A model generated the notes under the pieces. That model ran no database searches and was not told the DNA's origin. It saw only the letters and a program-made list of their open reading frames with translations. DNA of 47,736 bases from Chromera velia (taxonomy: Eukaryota). A program made the translations under genes and the position numbers. Shown here piece after piece: positions 36,564-47,736 of this stretch. The stretch's first letter is position 1, and the number at the start of each line of letters is the position of its first letter. Location of the stretch: the NCBI GenBank assembly GCA_018398765.1, contig JAHBMJ010000426.1:1-47736 (forward strand), given 5' to 3'.

Positions 36564-39500
36564 ATTCTTGTACATAAACGAATATATAAAACTCTAGGGC
36601 GTGTACTAAAAAAAAATTTTAAAAAAAAAATGGGTTTTGAATTTTAATTTTTTTTTTTAATGACTCGATATAAACTTTTATCTAGCTAGTTACCTAGCGT
36701 TCAAATTACATGGTTTAATCTTTCCTCTATGACTTGAGGCTTAAGCTCTGAAGTTGGTCCCCACGAGCTGCGTCTTTGCTTCCTTGAGTCCGTGAGTTGT
36801 TGCTGTTGTAACCTGAATTTGCTAGACTGAATATAAAATATCATTAGAGTCATTATTCACAGTACCACTGCATAGGAGTGCTAGGCGGACTTTAGATTAT
36901 CACAAACTAGGTCACAAATTGTCTTTCAGAAAAAGTTTCACACGTTTGTCTTAATTAATTCTAATAAAAAAAAACTAAAAGTCTTTTCATTTTTTTTTTT
37001 TGAGTGCATGCCTTAGATAAAACCGTGAAACATGCCGGCATAAATTAGATATCACTCTAGATATCACTGTATGAAATAATGATGATTGAGGGTTTTTTCA
37101 TGCATGCCGCGTCCAAATGAAAACATTTTTTCCTCTAGTTTTTTATATATATAAAGATTGATCCTAATATACATGTATATAAATCCGAATGCTAATAACT
37201 AGCCTAATAGAAGAAACTATAACATAAAGCTAATTCTCCGGACAGAAATCCTAATCCTAATCCTAAAAATGAAAATCTATCATATGATAAAGCCGACGTA
37301 AGGCGGGGGAAAATGCTGGTATGATGGTAGTATCTAGGCTAGTATCTTTTGCTAGTGCCTATATTCCTGCCAAGTAAAAAAAAAATATAAAATGCCAGTG
37401 CAATTTATTATGCAAACACCGACTAAGGCAAATACCTCAATTTATTTTTGGAAGCCCGGAGCCGAATTCAAAAACATATTATACTAGTATCTTATTGAAA
37501 AAAACCTAACTTGGGCGCTTTTTCTCTTCTCCAGCTCGCGGCTTGTTTTTGCCCTGCTCCTCTCAAACGTCTGTATTCGTTGTTTCTGGCCCGCCCATCT
37601 GTTCGATTCTGCCCTTTCGATCCTCCAGGAATTTCATGCGATCAGGGTCTTATGCATGGAGGTCCCCTGCAAAATACTTACAGCCGAAGGCATTTCGGAG
37701 GTGCCGGGGGGTACTCAAGAGGAGTTGAGGGGGGTGTCTGCAGGCCATGCACAGGGTACGTTGGCCAACGGCCGGGAGACCTTTGCGTCTTCTGGATCCG
37801 CATTTCTTTCGGCGCGTGTCGAGACTCGAGCTTTCTGGCTCTTGGACTGCGCATTCCGTCTCTCGTTTACCTGCTTGCAGGTCTCAAACACCGTCTGGCT
37901 AGGCGTGATGGCTGACAGTCACTGCAGAATATGGTGAGTCGACGGTTGTCTCCGCTAGGTTGTGCGCTCTCGCGGTGCGCCGGTTTTCTGATTTGCTGGT
38001 TAAACTTCGAGTCGAGGCTCTGTAGTTCCCGGTGTGCCCTTCTTCTTGACACCTAGAGGCGCATGCACTCCCTCTCAGTAGCAGGTGCGCACTTCTTCTC
38101 GGCAGATGCACAAATCTGGTGCATTTGTGCTCGGCAGCTGTGCTCTTCTTTGTGGGAGGTGCGGACCTCCTCTTAGCAGCAGGTGTGCACTTCCGCTCAG
38201 CTTGCAGCTACATACACATCTTTCATTCTGCTCTTGCAGTACCGGGTGTAACTGCATACCGGCGTGGAAGATCGTGAATTGCAGGAGAAGGGGGGCTTTG
38301 GGGCGCTCTGTAGCGGCGACTCGCATTGGATCGGCGAGGTTTCCTCCCAGGAGGACCTGCACAGGGTATGTCAGCGTGTGTGTACTCTTCTTGCTGTGCT
38401 GCTTCCGCGCGGGCGTTCTCCACACGCCTTTTCGGCAGCTCTAGATTTAGAATCCGTCTTTTTTTCACTTTCAGGTCTCGGGGGATCATTCTCTGTCGGG
38501 GCTGACGGCTGCAAGCTGGACCTCAGATCGGAGCTGCGGAACGTGGTGAATCGGTGTTCCCTGGCTCTCGTTTCCTCTAGCTGTTGACCTGCGTTACTGG
38601 ATTGTACGCTGTGCTTCTTTCTTCAACGGTGTGCGAGGAGGCGAGCTGTTTGAAGAAGGAGCGCCCCGTGCAGAGTGAGCACTGTCAGAAGAAAGAAGCG
38701 GCTCACCCACGCGTCCTGCGGGAATGCGACGAGTCTCGCAACCTCTGCGGAACTCTTGAAGCTTAGCCTATCTGAATTGTACGCACAACGGCCTTTTTGG
38801 CAGCTTGAACATCGAAGCCTGAAGCACTATGAAGGTGTAGCCAAACTGTCAGCGGTCAAGAGCTTTGGGGCTTCCGCCAGTTCCAGTCAGTGAACGCAGG
38901 CTCTATGTATGCGTCGTCTTACCCCAAAATTTCTTCAACATACATTAGCGGTAGCCATGCACGGTTTTCAGGTGCGTGCGTAGGTGGATACGGCGGGGCG
39001 TGAGCTTGTATATGCCTTTGAGGTTGCATGCATGCCCATGCCTAGTCTGGCTGGGAGTGAAACGCTCTATTCAACATCGTGAATCATCAAAACTTGCACC
39101 TCTGCATGTCCGTCAGATGTATTCTTCTTCCATAAATTCATGATTGAAGTTCTTTCCAAATGCTCCTGTGCATTTTAGGTAGAGGGGCACGAGCTGCCGC
39201 TAAGCTTGGTTGGCGTCGTCGGACTGTGATCCACTGTGGAGAAATTTAAAGCAGCCGTGAGGCAGTAAGGCCTTTTCCCTGTTCAACCGGGGGAGACCGT
39301 CTCTTCACTGTTCTTACAGAGCCTGTCGTCAGCGTTGGTGCCGTGACGTGACTCACATGAGGAGAGCGGTGACTTGGATCATACATGTTAGACCGTGTTA
39401 GATATTTTGGGGAGCGTTCGGCCGCTGTCGTCATGCGTTCATCGCGACTGCTTGAAGCCTAGTTTGAAGCGACGAGGAACATTAGAGCAGGATGTAACTG

Positions 39501-39689
39501 AGCCAGCTCTAATTGAAGATGCGGTGGGATGGACATCTGAAAGAATGTTACGAGTTCAGAGCTAGGCGTCCAGTCAGCTAGCAACTCAGGTTCGTAGCTA
39601 CGTTTTTCTGGAGGTCCTGGTCTCGATGGGATAGATTCTGCTTCTACCTGAGGCTCTAGCTTAACGCTCGACGAGCTTGGTCATGAGCT

Positions 39690-40700
39690 TTCTTCTTTTT
39701 CCTATTGATTAAAGTTTAGGAGTTGAAGCTGTTCATCAAGCAGCTGAACATCCTTTCGGACTTTGTGGTGGTATTCGACAAGCAGTCGGTCGCGCCTGTC
39801 CCTTGAAAGTTAGCCGCAGGGATCCATTGAGGGTTTTCATCACCTAGTGGATAGTTTTTCCACCGGACTTTATACCTATTATGCCTTTTGTCAAAATCTA
39901 GGATTCCTTCAACCTCCCACTCCGAGTTTGCTTATAGGTGCGTTTCTATGCTAGCTTCAAACTGCTGTGGGTTAAGCATAGGATTTATGACATTGTTGAC
40001 CGATACTCCCTTGGCTTTTAAGTACTGGCGGAGCAGATCGGCGTCTCCGGAAGCTGGTGTTTGGTAGTCAAAGCCGGCTATCCACCAAATTTCTTGAAAA
40101 CTCATCATTTTGACTTGTTCAACTACTTGCTTTTCCTGTAGCTCACGGGCTGCTTGGTTAGTCTCTTTTTCATGTGGCTGCAGACTCATGGGAGATGGGA
40201 TTCTATGTTCGTCTCATTGACAAAACCATGCTGACGATTCAGATAGAAAGACTACCTCCAGCCTAGAGTCTAGGACATAATCCGGCGAGAAATGGATATC
40301 AAACCACAATAGATAGCTATCAATTTGGTAGACCTGTTTTACGATATGGTTTCGAAAAGATCGGAACGTTGCTAATACATGCACGTGGGGAACATTGATG
40401 ATCCATTCTTGATGGGATTCAAAAAGCCGGACCAGGTTTTTAAGCTTATCATCACTGAATAAATCGAGAAGCAGCCGTTCTAAATGATCCAACCACGTTT
40501 GCGTGACCCCAGGCGGAAGCACTAGAATATAAATTATGTTGAAACCCCATGGATAACATAAATGGTACTGGTCTAGTCTACGGTCTAGGTTCTTTAACGT
40601 ACTACCGATTTTGATAAGCGAAGGGAACGCTAGGAATGGGTTTTCTACCACATAAAGAATTGGACAGTTTACGTTGATTAGATATGCAATACTAGCTCCA
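39690..40700 (-). pseudogene. Degraded intronless ORF: T5orf172/MUG113-type GIY-YIG nuclease fused to a chromodomain
   Basis: ILYVVENP...LIKIGST...LDRRLDQY...P.GF...LERLL...EWI (GIY-YIG-like). The same frame continues through TGA (40214) and TAA (39932) into EWEVEGILD...RYKVRWKNYP...QWIPAANF (chromodomain), then RLLVEYHHK after a frameshift. Confidence 0.78.
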
Positions 40701-40729
40701 CCAGCAGACAGTCAGACTTCTTTTTCTTT

Positions 40730-41340
40730 ATTATGAAGGGCGGGGTGTAAAAACAATGAGCCATGCAGCGCGAGCACGCATGCACAACACTAGATTATGG
40801 AGATACTCGGCGACCTGCAGATCAAAACGCAGGAGGTCGGCATTTTTGTTCCATAGGAGAGACTCGAGGGAACCACCGGTTTCAAAAATGCACTGAGCAT
40901 CACCTACGAGTTCTCAAAGGCTGCGAAGTCATGCTAGTATTGAAGGAGATGCTAGTGGGGCGACGGTATGAAAGTTTAGGTTTTTCAAAAGCTGCGCTAG
41001 GACTGCAGTCTGCATACGGACGTGCAGGTGGGACTCAGTGATGTACTCTAGAAGCCCTTCATATCGGGATGGGAAAAGACAGTAGTAGACCATACTAGGG
41101 ACTATATTTGGAGCCTGGAGAGCCCACAACTACCATCTACCTACGTAAACTAAGGTTTACACACAATATAAAATGCCCATAGCTTGGAGGCCACGCTTCA
41201 GTGCCGTACTAGGAAAAGGCTCAACTAAGTCTACCAAGGCATCATCTAGTAAGCTTTCATCTAGCACATCTAGCAGGTTTATTAAAGCCTCAACCACTTA
41301 CGTGCTAGCGGCTACAAACGGCATGAGGTAAAAAGGGATA
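40730..41340 (-). pseudogene. Degraded intronless ORF of unknown function upstream of the GIY-YIG ORF
   Basis: One frame reads protein-like (VVEALINLLDVLDESLLDDALVDLVEPFPSTALKRGL...ALQAPNIVPSMVYYCLFPSRYEGLLEY...) with scattered TAA/TAG/TGA stops. Confidence 0.4.
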
Positions 41341-42082
41341 AGTAGTCTAAAGTAGACTGCTAATCGGGTATTGGTCGCTCAAGAAGTCGGCAATAAGCGC
41401 TTAGACGAGTAGGGGGAGGATTCGTTGGTTACTCCCTATGTTTCATATTTTTTTTATTTCTAAATGGCGGTTTTTTACCGCACTGCTTATCTTATTACCT
41501 GCCTAGCAGACTGTAAAAGTCTTTTGTACCTATACAGCACTTCCCTGCGGCACCCTCTCATGAAAAATTTGTTTCATTTCCTCGATCCCCCCTCTAGATT
41601 TTCCCTGACGTATGTTCCCCACCCTTACCGTCTGCTTTCGCTCCTTCACTCTAGCCTTCACTCCTCCGAAGGGGGCCGGTGCACTCCTCACAGACGGCTT
41701 CTTTCCCGTTTTTTTTTTCTGGGTCCGACGAAGAATGTCTCCCGGCCCCCCCTAATCCTTCCGAGGTCTGTTTATTGCAGGAGCATTCAATGTTGTCCGC
41801 CTGCACCGCTTTTCCCTACAGCAGGTGCACATGAGACAGGTGCCGTGGGGCGGCGCGAACATCATGGGAAGTTTAGACAGGTAAAAAACCGCAGTATCAG
41901 ATTGGCACCTGGCGGTTGGAAGCGAAGAGAGCTCGCACGACATGGACGGACGGCAGGCAGACAGATAGAGAAAGAGTGAGACTGACTCATGAGTCATCGT
42001 GTCAGCATCGTCGCCTGCATGTTCAAGCTGATGCTTCCGGTCCCGCCCTCTCCGTCCAACAGTGAGAGAAACGTCCCCTACC

Positions 42083-42283
42083 GAAGACGAGGCTGAGGCA
42101 GCAGCGTCCCCTGGCTTTTTTTTCTTGTGCTTCCCCTTCCTCCTCCCCCCACTGCCTGAATTGGCCCCTGCCAAAGATAAGGCCGAGGCAGCAGCGTCCC
42201 CTGGCTCTCTTTTCTTGCGCTTCCCCTTTCTCTCCCCTCCACCGCCTGAATTGGCCCCTGCCAAAGACGAGGCCGAGGCAGCG
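42083..42283 (-). repeat. 90-bp (30-aa) coding tandem repeat, ~2.2 copies, Lys/Arg-rich
   Basis: ggc(t/c)gaggcagc occurs at 42091, 42181 and 42271. It translates as AAASASSLAGANSGGGGERKGKRKKREPGD in the frame of the REase segment. Confidence 0.9.
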
Positions 42284-44413
42284 ACATCAAACTGCACACC
42301 ATCTGACGGATTTAACTAGTGCAGCGGAGCGGCAGACCACAGGCTGACTCCAAGCAGCGATGCCATCTCTATCTGTTTTGTCACCACCCATTTCAAATTT
42401 CGGGAACAGGATCCTTTCTCTCTACGGAGCCACACGTGTTTGGTCACTTTATAAGGAACACTGTCCTGCGGCGGGTTGCTGTCGCTTTCCTTGCACTGAT
42501 ACCCCCAAGTCTCAATCAAGCCACCCGCAACATCGCAAACGCAAAGCAGAATGTCGTATTTCTAAAAACGAGCGTTCACTAGGAGGCAGTGGGAGCACAA
42601 GGAAGCCCATGCGATGATTCTGGCCAACACGCGCACCTTTGTGTCTCGCGACAGCCTTCGCCTGTTCAGCAAACTCTTCTTTCAGTGTATCAGCATCCCA
42701 GACAGCACTATTCGGACTAAGAGAAAGTATGCTGTCAAAATTATTGACTTGCTCAGGTAGCAGACTCTGGACGGAGACCTTCTTTGAAGTCAAAACCCTA
42801 CCTTTTCCCTTTTGGTGTCGCTTTTTGTCTGATGACTGAGATGTGGCTGCTTCACCTCCTTCTCCCCGCTTTGGCATACCTATTGACTCACGGTTTCTCC
42901 TGCCCTCCTTTCCTACACTCTCTCTCAGCCTCATCCCAGTTGAAAGATCGGACCTCGACAAGACACCGCCGCTTTCTTTTAGTGAACAGCTGCCGTCCTC
43001 TACGCCATTCCCCATGGGGTCATCACCTTCTTCTCGCAACATCTCGGCTTGAGGCCATGCAAACCCTACAGCAAGGCCCAGCAGCCGAAGTCCCAGAGCA
43101 GCTGCAACAATACCCTCCCACGCTTTGCCGCTCTATTCGTCGGAGCTGTGCAGCCTATCCAACTGTTCAGCGATAGTACCAATATCGCTGCCTAAATCAG
43201 CCCTCACTCGTTGAAATTTCTTAACCAAGAAGTGAGAGAGAAAGACAGGCGGCAGAACTACCTGCTCTGTATCACAGTGCAAGAGATCGAAGAAATCCGA
43301 CCAGTCACCGAGTACCCCACGTCCCGTTTCGCTCTCTTCTGGGGGGACCTTTCCACTGAAAACAACCGCCAAAAGCATGGAAAACCAATTTTTAAAATTT
43401 TCGCGAGTCACGGGCGAAGTAATCTTGATGGCCGCTGCGGTGCCGTTCTGTCTAGTCGTTCACGAACTAGCAGCCCCGGGAGCTTACCTAAGTAAGATGC
43501 GGCCGCAGGAGTGGAAGCACCGACCATAGCGGCGTCTTCCCACTTGCGGATGATGGGGAGACGGACTAGGCGTGCCTGCCGCTCCGTCTTGGAAGTTACA
43601 ACCACTCATGATCTTCTCCAGTCTTTCGATATCGTACGTGGTGACGACGTTATGGCTGCTGAAGACATACATGCGGGCCTCTATAACATAAAAGTGGCTT
43701 TTGATGAAACAATAGAGATTCTCTTTCTGCGATTCGTCTGAGCACTTGAGCCCAAGCAACGCATTCAGCTCATCCATCAACAGCAGACACGATGGGAGAG
43801 GTTTGACAAAAGTTGTAATGGTGTCCTCTTTGACCGTATACCTCTCTGCCCAGCTCTCAAAATCCCCGTTAGCGCGACCTTTCTTGCACAGATACCACGT
43901 AATCCGGATAAGAAGACACTCAAGAAGGGTAGTCCACCCAGCAGCGACCCCCTTCTTTTCCGGACCGGTGATTCCCGTCCCCTCCCTTTCGTTGAAGGAC
44001 ACAAAAATCGAATTTTCTAAGAATCTGCCGATTTCTTTCAGAGCGCGTGTCTTGCCCCCCCGTTGGAGATGAACGACGGCAATTGACTGCACAAAGATTC
44101 CCTGACTATCGTGTTTACATTGTTCCTGTGTAATCAGGGCGCATGTACTTTGCAGCCAGTTTTTGGGGATAAAAGGGTATTTCCGATCTGCATCTAGAAG
44201 TTCTGGTTTGAGACCGTCGAGGGACCGAAAGTCCGCGGCCCCAAGAGACCGCTTCTTTGGTGTGGCGGCAGAAGAATCCTCTGTAAGAGTCCCAAAAGAG
44301 AGGACATACGAGAAGGAATACACAGAGCGAGTCAGCAATGCAAGCAGACACTCGCTCACGCATTTTCTCACAGCCAGACATCCGATCAACAGCCATGCAA
44401 CCCGCCTGGGGCC

Positions 44414-44452
<39 letters not shown>

Positions 44453-44589
44453 ACACATGCAGCACTCGCGCACTTCCATCTGGAGACACCGAATGTATGC
44501 TAGAGAAGTTTTCCTTCGGATATGCAGTCCCAGCCAGATGATGCACGCCATTTCAATCTAAAGGAATGGAGATCTTAAATGTATTATGA

Positions 44590-44900
44590 AGAAATTTTTG
44601 TTCAGCCGCAGTCGATCTTCAGCCATGCATACACGTGAACGTACACCAGACACACACGAAGATTTAATCCGACCAGCCAGACGGACGCAATCGACCTTCA
44701 CCACCCAAACACACACGAAGATCCAATCCGACCAGCCAAGCGGATCGAATGTCGGAAGAGAGAAACTATAGATGCAATCGACTTTCAGCCATGCATGCAG
44801 GTGAATAAGCACCAGACACACATGAAGATCAAATCCAACCAGCCAAACGGAACGACGCAGTCGACCTTCAGCCACGCACATGAACAAGCACCAGACACAC
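44590..44900. repeat. Degenerate internal repeats, with a related dispersed copy at ~46350-46470
   Basis: Recurring cgcagtcgat(c/g)ttcag, gaccagccaga(c/t)ggacgcaatcgac and gaagatcaaatc motifs at both sites. Confidence 0.7.
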
Positions 44901-47736
44901 ACGCCCATGCACCAAACACCCGGAGGTCTTGGACCAACAGCCATTCGATCATAACCTACACACCAGGGACAGACCTTCAGATCCGCTATCTAAATTCGCC
45001 CCACTAACGGTGTAGGTCTGCCCATTGACCAGCTGGCTCTCTAAGTAGATCGCGACTGACGATTGTCTGGCTATAGCCATAGAAGAGATTTACAGCGTCT
45101 TCTTTTTTATCTTGAAGGCCTGAGCAACCGCTTGCTCAAAACGTTTCCATTCATCCTCATTCGTTGGAGGCGGGAAATCCATCACTTTCTCTCCCCTCTT
45201 CAGAGTGATGATGTTTCTATTATATGCATGGGCCAGCCGATTCCTCGCCTTGCCTGACAGCGCCCAAGCTGCACGCCGCAAAGAAGCCACATTCACATGC
45301 ATCATCGAGTGGGCCAAAGGCACGACGGCCAATGTAGAAGACCATAGACTAAAACGCTGGGAGGAGACAGAAGGAAAAGGCATCTCTGCACATACTGGCA
45401 GGATCGAAGTCGGGTGACCAGACATGCAGCAGAGAATGCCCACAAGCAACGCAAGGGCATCAGTCAGTACAACATAAGTGAGCAGACAGCTGAGACACCA
45501 AAAACGAAGGAACACAGACGCACCTGTGGGAGGAATTCGACTGCTTCTGGCAGGGTCCCGCTCGTCCGGCAGCAGACTAGAGGTGTGGAGAGCCTGCACA
45601 CATATATACACATATGATGCGAAGGTCTTGCTTGGAAGTTCAATAAGACTACGCAGTCAACAGATCCTGAGACCACCAGGGTAGGCATGATCTACTCACT
45701 GCTTGAAGAAGCTCCCAGGCCGCACCCTCGGGCCCCAGGCTCGACTTGGCTACCTTCCTTCCCACGGGGCTTCTATCAAGACGCCCGCGGGGACCTGCAA
45801 AGAGCCAGGAGGGAAAGAAAACGGTTTGAAGCAGGCGTCGTCCTTCGGCCCCATGTTCTAGAGGGAAAAGGTCTCTCCAAGACCTTCCCATCGGCCTGCA
45901 TCAAGGACATAAAAACAAAGTCGACACGAGTTGAGAAGGAAGCGAAAAATTCGGAAGAGAAAAACAATGGAACTGCACGTTCCCCCCAGAGAGAAGGTAT
46001 GAGAAGCAGGCACCGCTGGAGGTAGGTAAAAGGGTGGGAAAAAGGAAAGAGGACGTAAAAGAGGTACTAGTGGGCAGAAAAGAAAAAGTGAAAAGGGACT
46101 AGACAGAACAGAAGAGAGCCCAGGGCTATAGAGAACGGAAGAAGGGGGGGCATGAACAGTCCAAGCCAGATTGCAACACGACAAGAAGATCGGGTGGTGG
46201 GAAGCAGGGGGGAGAGAGCTAGTAGGAAGAGAAAGAGAAGTGGGGAGAAGGAGGGAGGGAGAAGGAAGGGAGTGTTCCTACCGTAACACCGTTGGAGAGG
46301 CAGACCAAAGAGAATTAAGAAAGAAGCTCGATCTCAAATGTGTCATGGAGAAATTTTCGTTTGGCCGCAGTCGATGTTCAGGCATACTAGACACAATCTG
46401 ACCAGCCAGATGGACGCAATCGACTTTCAGCCACCTAGATACATGCGAAGATCAAATCTGACCAGCCAAGCTTCAATGGCAGAATATGGATGTCACCAAA
46501 TGACAGTGACCTCGATCACTTGTAACTGACTTTTCCGAATCCCAGTTCACCCATGTTGACATCCTAGTTGATCCGGTCACTCCTGAAGCTCCAAGACAGC
46601 ACAAAAAGAAGAGACAACACTGTGGAAAGACGATTCTTAGACTACTGTCCTTAAGCTGTTTTGACGTTGGCCAGTGAGCCAACTCCGACAGGGTGACAAT
46701 GGGTCAAGCAACTCTGCAAATTTCTATCTGCCTGACGTTTATAATATGCCCACACCTTAGCTTGTTTTTTCCCTTTCTGGCTGTTATGATGCTTTGATTG
46801 TCCAGAAGCGGTTTTGTTTAGAAAACAGAAATGATGAAGCTCTGTTAGATCGGATGCAGTGTACATGCAGTCTTGTCTTGAAGCCAAGTTGGGCTGTTCT
46901 GGCCGCTGAGGCTGAATTCAGCTATAGTGCACGTTTCTCTTATCGCCTCTCCGGGCGTGCACGTTATGAATAATTGGAGCCAGTTCCGCATTTATCCATG
47001 TATGAAGCCGGTTGGGGATGGTGTACGTGTTACTGGGCCCGGCCGCGCCCGCTCTTTGAGCACCGAGGCCCGGCCTGACGCGCGTCTTGCCACATATTAG
47101 CCCAGCTAGTCCTTCACAAGCTCTAAGCAGGCAAAGGTGTTTAGTCACTTGTGATTAGAATATATTTAATTATCCCATGAAGTGATTGAATGTGATTGAA
47201 TAAAGTGATTAATTAGCCAAAGTCCGATTCTTACTAGTCTTTAATACCTTAGGTCATTCTAATGGTGCGTAGTTTTTTTTTTATGTTATAAAAACAAATG
47301 TTTTGGGAGTAGCCTGGAGGCTTGTGCACATCCAGTGCACTGTATGCATGGCCCAGCCCATGCAGCCCGGGCCAGCCATGCACGCGCCGGCGCGGCCCAT
47401 GCACCGCTCCTACTAGCGGCCGCGGCTATACATCGGTGCATGCATTCGGAGCCGAATAGCCGATTGTACAGGTTGCATCAAAAATCGGGTCTTCATGCAT
47501 GAGTTTCAAACACAAGGTAAGATGCAAACTTGAAGTCACAGCAAGCCATGATACCAGTCTGAGATGACTGAGGCCTGATATGTTCAGACAATTAACTCTA
47601 TAGTTTGAAAATGAGTCAAATGGATGTACGAGACTTCTTCAAAGCAGTTCAGCCACCGCTCGGCAAACCTATAGAATCGTATACATGCAATTCCTGCGGG
47701 ACGACAGCCAGAAGCAGTAGAGGGACGTCCAATCTT

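Larger units (their letters stand above)
41960..45255 (-). pseudogene. Crinkler/CR-type P-loop NTPase + PD-(D/E)xK REase-fold protein, pseudogenised
   Basis: Walker A-like QRGGKTR, FVSFN, Walker B CLLLMDELN and FSSH, then SGKAWEGIVAAAL and F*KYDILL...WGYQCKE (D...QxK nuclease motif). Several frameshifts and stops. N-terminal exons at ~45255-44970 and ~44557-44473 have GT-AG boundaries. Confidence 0.75.

Noticed and set aside
37511..38460. GC-richer stretch with ORFs and possible splice sites
   Set aside because: No recognisable motif or consistent exon chain.
46473..47148. Broken minus-strand frames with KVWAYY and Cys/His residues, suggesting a BED finger or nuclease
   Set aside because: Ligand spacing does not fit a known pattern and the frames cannot be joined confidently.

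Overview
Eukaryotic nuclear DNA with many short GT-AG introns and dense microsatellites. The style resembles an alveolate such as a chromerid, which is an inference only. Three genes reconstruct intact by hand: a 2-exon Bax inhibitor-1 (9087-10064, +), a 13-exon ABCB half-transporter (21084-27350, -) and a divergently oriented ~14-exon gene with a PH-like domain (28311-33303, +). The rest is repeat and mobile-element debris: inverted microsatellite and minisatellite blocks, a 175-bp tandem array that looks like repeated exon+intron units, a 610-bp tandem duplication inside a HEAT-repeat pseudogene, a deleted hAT transposon with TIRs and an 8-bp TSD, and two nested TIR elements. Right of these lie a degraded intronless ORF fusing a T5orf172-type GIY-YIG nuclease to a chromodomain, and a Crinkler/CR-type P-loop NTPase + restriction-endonuclease-fold pseudogene. 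Repeat-derived regions show a transition bias towards TpA, reminiscent of RIP. Most short ORFs in the supplied track are microsatellite or intron noise. All domain calls come from visual motif recognition, not database searches.
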